Shown: piece by piece, positions 19,573 to 27,900 of the stretch
Layout of the letters: each line of letters opens with the position of its first letter
Position numbering within the stretch: the stretch's first letter is position 1
Virus record (IMG/VR): IMGVR_UViG_3300030061_002429
Location: 1-64,000 of that record
DNA: 64,000 bases
From: a virus
Strand: one strand, 5' to 3'
Notes under the pieces: model-generated
Database searches by the model: none
Told to the model about the DNA's origin: nothing
What the model saw: the letters and a program-made list of their open reading frames with translations, nothing else
Program-made: the position numbers and the translations under genes

Positions 19573-20495
19573 GTCGTTGTTCTTGCTGTAATGATGTTCT
19601 TGTTATCAAGAACTTGAACCGTTGGTTCAAAGAGAAGTGGAAGGACATTTCACGTAAGGACAAAGACGGCAATCACCCTCCTTGTGGACGAAGCAAAGCA
19701 AAGACCTCAAGCAAAGGTTATCCAAAGTGTCGTCCAAGCGTCAAAGTATCGAGTAAAACCCCAAAGACCAGTGGCTCTATGAGTGAAGGTCAAAAACAAG
19801 CGGCTACAAAACGCAAGCGAGCCAAAAAACAAGGTGTTGGTGGAAAGCCAACAATTGTCAAAATGCCAATTGTTGATACCGATATACCGAGTGTTCGCAT
19901 GGCGTACAACTTTGACTCCAGTGAACCAGTTATTGGTAATCAACCGTATGCTTGGGGCAAAGAAGATAAAATTACACAAATGACACCAAATGAGTATTTT
20001 GATGTTTTAAGTCAAGACCATGATGCACCCTTTGTACCAAATAAAGATGCAAAGTTTCGATGGGACGGTAGGCAATTTACTGAACACGGCGGAAGTCGTG
20101 AAAACATTGCTCGTATTCTTCAAGGAATTAAAGCAGGTATGCCAATTGGTATGCCTGAACTTGAATTTAGAAACAATAAGTTTAGCGGATTTCAGGAGGG
20201 TGGACATCGAATGGAAGCCCTTCGACAAATGGGACATGGTGATACACCTGTACCCGTATTTAGACACAATAGAGTGGTGAAAGCAATGAAAGATAAAAAG
20301 AAAGACATGAAAGACATGAAAGGTAAGAAAGGCATGGTAATGGTGATTACCATTGGTGCTAAACCAAAGAAAGTTGGTGTTAAGAAGGCTGATGATACAA
20401 AGAAAATGGGTAGAATGGAACAATGTTACACTTGTGGTAATTTGTTCCCAAATTATCAAATGTTAAACCAACATCAACAACAAATGAATCATTGA
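19569..20495 (+). CDS. modular protein: basic domain, ParB/Srx-like domain and C2H2 finger
   Basis: LNRWFKEKW..CGR..YPKCRP..TPKT basic module; QEGGHRMEALRQMG ParB-like motif; CYTCGNLF..L..H..H at the C-terminus. Confidence 0.65.
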   Translation: MSRCSCCNDVLVIKNLNRWFKEKWKDISRKDKDGNHPPCGRSKAKTSSKGYPKCRPSVKVSSKTPKTSGSMSEGQKQAATKRKRAKKQGVGGKPTIVKMPIVDTDIPSVRMAYNFDSSEPVIGNQPYAWGKEDKITQMTPNEYFDVLSQDHDAPFVPNKDAKFRWDGRQFTEHGGSRENIARILQGIKAGMPIGMPELEFRNNKFSGFQEGGHRMEALRQMGHGDTPVPVFRHNRVVKAMKDKKKDMKDMKGKKGMVMVITIGAKPKKVGVKKADDTKKMGRMEQCYTCGNLFPNYQMLNQHQQQMNH

Positions 20496-20535
20496 TGTAA
20501 GAACAATTAAATGATTGGTCAATGGAGAGGTCAAT

Positions 20536-21834
20536 ATGTGGGGTAGTGCATTCGTGGGCGACACCTATGATGTGCCTATTCATTTTTCTGATGAGTTTTC
20601 CAACATGGTCGTCAAAGCCTTATCTCAGCACCCACATTTTTCATATGAAAATTTACCAGTCGAAGTTTCTTCTACTTTAATGATTAAAGAAGATTTAAAG
20701 AAATACTCGTTTGCAAAAAACGGTGATGGGTGGCTTGAATCTACATGGGGTAAAAGTGCAAACGACATTATTCGTGAGTGCCGTAAAGCCCGTCGTAACG
20801 ATAAAGCCAACAAGCACCTGTATGATTCTATTATCACCGACGTACGTATGCTCAAAGCGATGGAAGTTGAAGCAACCATCAAACAACTGACTTGGGCTGA
20901 TGGGCTTGATGAAGTTATCAAGAGTTTAGGGCTTAATGATAAGTTGCTAAAAGCACTGCGAAAGTTTGGTGAAAGTCGTTCTGTAAGTTTACAAAAAGCG
21001 TGCCAACAATTTTTGAAAGCCAATACAGTTTTGAATTTACTTAATGACAAAGTGGACTGGACACCCGAAGACCAAGAAGAATGGGTTAATGCACATCAGT
21101 TGCAAAAAGATGCAAAGAAAATGTGGCGCAATGTACTCAAGCAAACCGATAATTTACCACACGTTGATATTCAAGCACTTGAGTTTGCATCTGATGTATT
21201 GGAAAAAGAAGGACCGCTATCAAGTCGTGAACTTATACGACGTGGAGTAGGTTATCTTGAAAAGAACATGACTGTGAACAAAATGGCATCGTTATTGAAA
21301 TTATACGGTGAAGAGTATGATGTTTACAAAGCAACATCACGAAGTACATATCTAAAATTTGGGTCACATGGATTAATTATCAAAGACATATGGGGTTACA
21401 TGGCCGGTTCACTTGATTCTGATGGTAGTATCTTTATTTCAGAACGTGGTGACCCTCGTGTAACATTTGTTGCCAGTGGAAACATGGGTAAGCAATTGTG
21501 TGAAGATTTGCAAAAGGCTGTTGGTTGTGGTCGTTTAGTAACTGACCAAAAAGTTGCAAAGAATACTCAAAAAAGCATTCATCGTCTTATTTTTTCAGCC
21601 AAAGATGACATTCGGCATGTGTTAAAACACTCCATGCCACATATGCGTTTGAAAGACTTACAGGCTAAAGCGATGCTTGCATATGTTGATGAAAAAGACA
21701 AACTGCGTAAGAATGAGTTGTATCAATTGGTAACATTTACCAATTGGAAAGACCATCAAACTAAATCCGAATCGTTATTAAACAAATGGGGAGTAGACGC
21801 TGATACCATAGGTGGCTATGCGGAGGGATTGTGA
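20536..21834 (+). CDS. protein with C-terminal LAGLIDADG endonuclease domain
   Basis: WGYMAGSLDSDGSIFI followed by typical beta strands and HSMPHMRLK; about 285-aa helical N-terminal extension. Confidence 0.8.
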   Translation: MWGSAFVGDTYDVPIHFSDEFSNMVVKALSQHPHFSYENLPVEVSSTLMIKEDLKKYSFAKNGDGWLESTWGKSANDIIRECRKARRNDKANKHLYDSIITDVRMLKAMEVEATIKQLTWADGLDEVIKSLGLNDKLLKALRKFGESRSVSLQKACQQFLKANTVLNLLNDKVDWTPEDQEEWVNAHQLQKDAKKMWRNVLKQTDNLPHVDIQALEFASDVLEKEGPLSSRELIRRGVGYLEKNMTVNKMASLLKLYGEEYDVYKATSRSTYLKFGSHGLIIKDIWGYMAGSLDSDGSIFISERGDPRVTFVASGNMGKQLCEDLQKAVGCGRLVTDQKVAKNTQKSIHRLIFSAKDDIRHVLKHSMPHMRLKDLQAKAMLAYVDEKDKLRKNELYQLVTFTNWKDHQTKSESLLNKWGVDADTIGGYAEGL

Positions 21835-23645
21835 TGGCGGAAGAACAAGGTCGAATCTCTCGTTTTCTGTCGGCAATCAGTAGTCCTTTTCGTCGTCGTG
21901 AAAGCCCAACCCCAACTATGCCGCTTTGGTCAAGTGGTATTCAAGAACCTGTTATGGCGCAGGGTATCACTCTCCCTGCATTGTTTGCGGTAAGTAACGA
22001 ATCACTTATTTTACGTACTGTACTTTCAAAACTACGTCAAGAAATGTTTCGACGTGGGTTTTACTGGGAGAAGCGTTTTACTGTTAAATGTACAGCGTGT
22101 GATGAAGAATATCAACAAGAAATGGAAACATGCAAAGAATGTGGCGGTGCTGTGCGTAAACCCGACATTGATGAACTAACATACCCGAAGTGGTTGCTTA
22201 AGCAGGAAAACAGCATGGAGCAATCGTTTCATCACCTTCTTCATGAAGTTGAAAATGACCTTAACATCATAGATGATGCGTTTTTAATTTTAGTCAAAGA
22301 GTACTTTATTGACCCTGAAACCAAAGAAGTACAGTTTTACCGAGTCAAAGAAATGGTTCGTGGTGACCCAATATTTATGCGTATTGTAGCCGATAAGCGT
22401 GGTGTACGTGGAGGTCGTTACAAAACCTGTTTGATTCATCGTGACCAAGTAAAAACACACACAGAAACCGATACTTGTGAAGTATGTGGTTCCGATTTAC
22501 ATGATGTCCATTACGTCAATATGGCGGGTAGCGGTAAGACGCAGTACTTTGTTGAAGGAGAAGTATTGCATGTTTCAAAATACAATCCATCAAAATTGTA
22601 CGGTCGCTCTCCTGTCAATACGATGTGGCGACAAGCCATGACATTGACGGCAATGGACAACTACATTTATACAGCGTATCAAAAACGTCGTATTCCAAAG
22701 GGCGTTATTTCTGTTACAACGGATAACCTTGAATCCATGAAAGCGTTTTGGAAAGCCACTGATGAAAAATTGGAACGTGACCCACACTATATTCCTCGTG
22801 TTGGTATTGAATCACAATCAGGTCGTGGTGGTGTAAATTGGATTAAGTTCATGGACACGCTTGAAGAAATGCAGTATATCGCTGTGCGTGACGAGATACG
22901 TAATCGTATAGCGGCTTTCTATGGTGTATCGTCAATCTTCATGGTTGATAATGGTAAGTCGGGTGGTCTAAACAACGAAGGATTGCAAATACTTGTCACC
23001 AATCGTGCTGTAGAATTTGGACAAAAAGTCTACACCGAAGTCTTGTTCCCAAGATTACTTCGGCAAATGAACATCAATGATTGGAAACTCACACTTTATC
23101 CAAACGAAGAAGAAGATGAAATTACACGTCTACGAAGAGATGAACAAGAACTCAACGTTGCACAGCGTATGGCACAACTTGGATTCCAACCTGAACTCTT
23201 GGAAGACCCATCGAACCGTGATGTACGATTTGTATATCGTAAACCACCACCTGCTCCAGCACCACCACCACCCGGTGGTGCGCCTCCACCCGGCGGAATG
23301 CCCCCCGGTGGAGGAATGCCTCCCGGTGGAGGAATGCCACCACAGATGATGGGTGGTCGAGGAATGCCACCTATGCCACCCGGTGGAGGAATGCCACCAC
23401 AGATGATGGGTGGTCGAGGAATGCCACCGCAATCACGACAACTACCTCCCGGTATTGCTCCCCCACTACAGCCCGGTAGTGAAGGCATGGGAATACGAAA
23501 CCGTGGTCCTGTAGCACCACAACGAAGAGGTACAATGGGAAGCGGTTCTCCGCTTTCAAGTGTACAACAGCGTGGTCCTGAACCTTCTATGATGCAAAAC
23601 GTTTCAAATGCATTATTGAATGCTCGTAGACCAAGAGGGCGGTAA
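21831..23645 (+). CDS. portal protein with Zn-ribbon insertions and Pro/Gly/Met tail
   Basis: Position after terL; DLNIIDDAFL, LYGRSP, IPKGVI and IAAFYGV portal-like motifs; CTAC..CKECG and CEVCG. Confidence 0.9.
   Translation: MMAEEQGRISRFLSAISSPFRRRESPTPTMPLWSSGIQEPVMAQGITLPALFAVSNESLILRTVLSKLRQEMFRRGFYWEKRFTVKCTACDEEYQQEMETCKECGGAVRKPDIDELTYPKWLLKQENSMEQSFHHLLHEVENDLNIIDDAFLILVKEYFIDPETKEVQFYRVKEMVRGDPIFMRIVADKRGVRGGRYKTCLIHRDQVKTHTETDTCEVCGSDLHDVHYVNMAGSGKTQYFVEGEVLHVSKYNPSKLYGRSPVNTMWRQAMTLTAMDNYIYTAYQKRRIPKGVISVTTDNLESMKAFWKATDEKLERDPHYIPRVGIESQSGRGGVNWIKFMDTLEEMQYIAVRDEIRNRIAAFYGVSSIFMVDNGKSGGLNNEGLQILVTNRAVEFGQKVYTEVLFPRLLRQMNINDWKLTLYPNEEEDEITRLRRDEQELNVAQRMAQLGFQPELLEDPSNRDVRFVYRKPPPAPAPPPPGGAPPPGGMPPGGGMPPGGGMPPQMMGGRGMPPMPPGGGMPPQMMGGRGMPPQSRQLPPGIAPPLQPGSEGMGIRNRGPVAPQRRGTMGSGSPLSSVQQRGPEPSMMQNVSNALLNARRPRGR
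23322..23428 (+). repeat. 50-nt direct repeat (57-nt period) in the portal C-terminus
   Basis: CCCGGTGGAGGAATGCCACCACAGATGATGGGTGGTCGAGGAATGCCACC twice, encoding PGGGMPPQMMGGRGMP. Confidence 0.9.
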
Positions 23646-23650
23646 AACTC

Positions 23651-23656
23651 TTTAAA
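23651..23656 (+). promoter_or_regulatory. putative archaeal TATA box
   Basis: TTTAAA in the intergenic gap after portal, upstream of ATG 23691. Confidence 0.4.
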
Positions 23657-23690
23657 CAAGTATGCAATGACACAAACAAGAGGGGTTCTT

Positions 23691-24044
23691 ATGGATTTAT
23701 TAAAAATGCACCCAATGGCACGAAAAATGGAACAAGCGCAAAAAGCATTCGCTACTGCTTTAGAACAAGGTGATGGTAACCTTGCAAAGCAACATTTAAC
23801 AGAAGTACAAAAATTATCAGACTTTTTACTTGAAGATTTACAAACTGAAATTTTCAAGTCTGAAAATGCGGCTACAAAAACTGGCGCAAAAGACATCTAT
23901 GTAAACGGAGTAGCCCCATATACTTTCCAAAAGGAAGACAACTACGTACCGCTTACTGGTAAGCGTCTTTCAGGAACTGTACAAAGCCGTCAATCACGAA
24001 GCAACTTCCGACCAGCAAGCGGTACATTTGGACGACGAGGATGA
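23691..24044 (+). CDS. hypothetical head-module protein
   Basis: GAGGGG RBS then MDLLKM; helical hairpin-like N-terminus. Confidence 0.7.
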   Translation: MDLLKMHPMARKMEQAQKAFATALEQGDGNLAKQHLTEVQKLSDFLLEDLQTEIFKSENAATKTGAKDIYVNGVAPYTFQKEDNYVPLTGKRLSGTVQSRQSRSNFRPASGTFGRRG

Positions 24045-24388
24045 ATCTTATGTCGGATAACAATGCTGAACAGTTGATGAGTGTTCTCATTACTAAAATG
24101 GAAAACATGGATTCTGACTTAGCATTGCTTAAACAAGAAAATCAGCGACTTCGTGCAACTATTAACAATCCACAAGCATTGTTGCGTAAAATGGGCTTAG
24201 TTACATCGTCAACTCCGTTGTCAATGGATTTGGGTTTTGACCCACTTCGTGCTGATATGGAAAACGATTCAATTCTCAAGGGTGACCCAGTTTCATCCGT
24301 TCCTCAATCCAATGAAGAGTTCCACAATATGTCATGGGAAGAAATTCATGAAATGGCACAAACAGCAAAAGAACAGGAGATGAACTAA
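24041..24388 (+). CDS. coiled-coil protein with scaffold-like C-terminal motif
   Basis: Coiled coil; NMSWEEIHEMA matches NMSWDEVHNLA at the end of the protease/scaffold. Confidence 0.65.
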   Translation: MNLMSDNNAEQLMSVLITKMENMDSDLALLKQENQRLRATINNPQALLRKMGLVTSSTPLSMDLGFDPLRADMENDSILKGDPVSSVPQSNEEFHNMSWEEIHEMAQTAKEQEMN

Positions 24389-24960
24389 TGAAGCCTCGTC
24401 CAAGTGAAGCACCTTTACTTACCAAAGCAAGAGAAATCGAGCAACGCCTAAGTCAATTAGAAATTATCAAAGGAAAAGATTGTCCTTCATGCAAAGACGG
24501 TAAACTCGACAAAATGGGTAACTGTATGAAAATGGGTTGCGGTGGCAAAATGGCAAAAGCCGAACCCGGTTTCAAGCCTGAAAAAATCACAGACGTAAAC
24601 CCTGCTTTCATGGCTGAATCAGGTGGACAAACTAAGAGTGGTTACTTTACCACTAACGGTAGGACCATTGAAACAGAAGACGCACCAAAGAAAAAGAAAG
24701 GTAAGGATTCAACCAACATGGAACAACTTTCAACTCGTATGAACCCACATGCAGGTGGTGGTGTGGATAGGGAAGATGCAATGGGAGAGTCAAAGAAACT
24801 CAAGAAAGCATCAAGTAAGGCTCTTATGCGTGAAATGAGTGAGCAACGCCCAGTGCCAACAATTTGTGGTACATGCGGTGCGACACAACAAAGCGGTTGC
24901 AAAATGCCTGAAATGATGGGTGCTGACCTCCACGCATGTCCAGCATTCAAGCCGCTATGA
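24388..24960 (+). CDS. Lys-rich Cys-cluster protein
   Basis: CPSC..C...C and CGTCG...C...HAC clusters. Confidence 0.7.
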   Translation: MKPRPSEAPLLTKAREIEQRLSQLEIIKGKDCPSCKDGKLDKMGNCMKMGCGGKMAKAEPGFKPEKITDVNPAFMAESGGQTKSGYFTTNGRTIETEDAPKKKKGKDSTNMEQLSTRMNPHAGGGVDREDAMGESKKLKKASSKALMREMSEQRPVPTICGTCGATQQSGCKMPEMMGADLHACPAFKPL

Positions 24961-24973
24961 TGGCGGTGAAAGT

Positions 24974-27900
24974 ATGTCGTATGACCAACTTGACATTGCA
25001 AGTGCCGATTTACTAAAGTCGTTGGACGACAAACTTGACCTTGAGCGTAATGCGGCTGAATATATTATAGCATGGCAATCCATGCAAAAAGCACCAAGTG
25101 AAGTCATTTACACGTCACTGTATTCAATCGCTGATGCGATTATCAAAGAAAAAGAAAAGGGTGAAGATAAGTTTGAGTATGAATACGATACTGGAACAGA
25201 CACAGGTGCAGGATTGCTTCTTAACACACAAGACACACAAGACGATTTGACAAACCACATTTGGGTTGATGGACTACAACGTGGTAAGAAAAACGCTGAC
25301 CATCACTCCGTATGGCCTGTGTACCGACCAACAGCAGGTCATCCATACAAAGAATATCACTTCCCATTTCACCCTGCCAATCACCCGCTTCTTCGTATGC
25401 ATTCTGTAACAGGTATGCCGCACTTTGTTGAAATGCTCCGAGCACACACATTTGGCGGTTACATGGATGAAGAGAAAGAAATGGAAAAAGATTACTTAAG
25501 CGAACTTTCTAAAGAAAAACATCCGTTACTATTTGGATTCAAACCGGAAACGTCGGATAAAACATTCAAACTGCTTGGAAGTATATTGCAAAACGGCTCG
25601 ATGCTTTCACATCAAAAAGACCTCTACCAACGTGATTTTCAACGTTGGAAGAAACAAAACACAGAACGAGAAGATGAGTATCGTGCAATGGGTATGGCTC
25701 CAAAAGATGTTTTTCAAAAACTGCGTGAAGACCACTTTGAAGACCGAGCAAGGCAATGGGTAAGTGAAGATACAGTACTTGATGATGATTACAAGATTCA
25801 TGCAACTGCATTAGGACATCATGGTTACATGCTTGGCCTTGAGTGGTTGTCACCTGAAGAACGTACTGCGGTTATGAAAGGTATACGTGAAGGTGTAGAC
25901 GATAATCACTTGATTGAATTACCAAACGGTCAAAAAATACCATCGGCTCGTTTTACGCACAATGCGATTATGCGAAAAACACCTGAAATGAATTGGGCTG
26001 TACGAAGTCCGAGAATGTTAGGACGTAACGCTTCGCTTCGATTAGAAGACAACGATACCGATTATGAAGCAAGTGAAGCAGGTCGTTTCTTACAATCAGG
26101 TATGGCAAGAGGAGCGCATCTTCCATACGGTTCAAACGATGAGTCAATTGCTGATATTATCCTTAATGAAATCAATGAATTGTATGGTGGTATGCGAGAA
26201 GACGCTGGAAAAGGTTACAAGCGAAGAATGAAGTTTTTACCACGACTCAATCTTCACCAAACAGGTGAACTTCCTGAATTGGAATGGGAACAGTTGAAAG
26301 ATGCTGAACGAGCGCAATTTGGTAAAAGAACCATGAAAGTAGACCATACGAGATTACCTATTGAAGATATTTTGTACATGGCGGGTTTTCATCCTAAAAC
26401 AAGAGAACTACTATCCATGCATCCTGTTTATGGAAAAATGGACGGACCGCTTGTACCGCTTGACTGGATTGAAAACATCGAAGAAGATGCTTCTTCGTCC
26501 ATGAATTTGCAACAACAAGAAAAAGATATTCGTAAGCACTTATCGTTTTTGAAAGCCGCTTACGGTCCAGCACCGAGTGAAGACAAGCCTTCCTATTGGC
26601 GCACAAGTGAAGACGGAAGGCACACTTACGGTCTTGGTTCTTTTTGGTCAAAACCGTTTCAAGGAATGGGTGGTGCGGGTATGACATTACCTACGTACAA
26701 CGAAATTATTCACGCTACTACTTCAGACGATGACAGCGTATCGTTGCTCGGTGAAATGCATGATTTTGGTGGAAGTAGTGAAAAAACCGTTATCGTACCA
26801 AATCAAAACAATGTTTCTTTGGGTGCTCATTTTATGCCTGAACACTCTCAAGAACACGGCCAATACGATGAAAATGCGAAAAAATATGTTTATCATAATG
26901 AATTTAAAACCATTCAAAATATACTTTCACCGTCAAATGTTTCACGACCCGTACCAAGTGCGTCATCAAAATCAGGGTACAAAGAAGGCAAAACGTCAAA
27001 GAACAATTTTACTGAACACAAATCATCGCTTTCAGCCCCCTACGAATATGCAATACGACACATGACTGATGGTGAACGAAAAGATTTGTTTGAAAATCAA
27101 CCTCACCTCAAAGCGTTCAACAGTGTACTTACAAGAAATCCATTCATACATCACGGTTCGTATCGTAATTATGCGCCATATGGAAGCGATAAACATATTG
27201 TCAATAACGCACAAGACACTCACAAACAAATTATGCAACTGGGTCGATTTAATCACTTGAACAACCCTACTGAAAAATCTGTTATATCGTTTAACGATTT
27301 TATACGAGATGCACAACCAGTAAGTGGTGGTGAAACCACCGAAGATATGCTTGCGTATTTGGGATGGGGTGTACCATCACCATCGTTTGGTAAAGTCAAA
27401 AACTATTTGCAAAGCAGTGAACAACGTGAAGGATTGCGTTTCTTAACTGAAATATCAAAAACCATCCAATCAACAAATCCAAAGGCTATTTTGGAATATT
27501 TGGAAAAAGAAGATTTTGAAGACCTGTACCAGCGTTTGGGCTTTAACAAGAATGAAACTGCACCAATAAAACAAATTGTTGATAACTTCTTGGATGATGT
27601 ATTGATAAGTTTGTCAAATAGTAGTCGTTCATTTAAGCATAAGAAGCCAACACTTCTTGATGCTGTTACAAGTGGTTTGAGTTTTGGTGGAGCACTCCCT
27701 GCATTTGAAAAGGAAGAAAAATTGCAAGAAGAAGTCGATGATTTGAATCAACGTATGGTTGAGGCTGATGATATTGATAAGCCACTTATCCAACAACAAC
27801 TTTCTCAAAAAGTTGCTGAATTGACTTCGCTTCAACAACAAGCCATTGAAAGCACTCAAGGTAAAATGACAACGCATTGGAAAATAGACCAAGGAAATGA

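Noticed and set aside
20536-21834. Intein or intron in terL or portal
   Set aside because: Both neighbours are intact, and there are no Cys/Ser start or His-Asn end splicing motifs around the LAGLIDADG domain
23096-23896. 266-aa minus ORF and similar antisense ORFs (e.g. 32301..32945, 18589..19209)
   Set aside because: Shadows of well-supported plus-strand genes with biased codons
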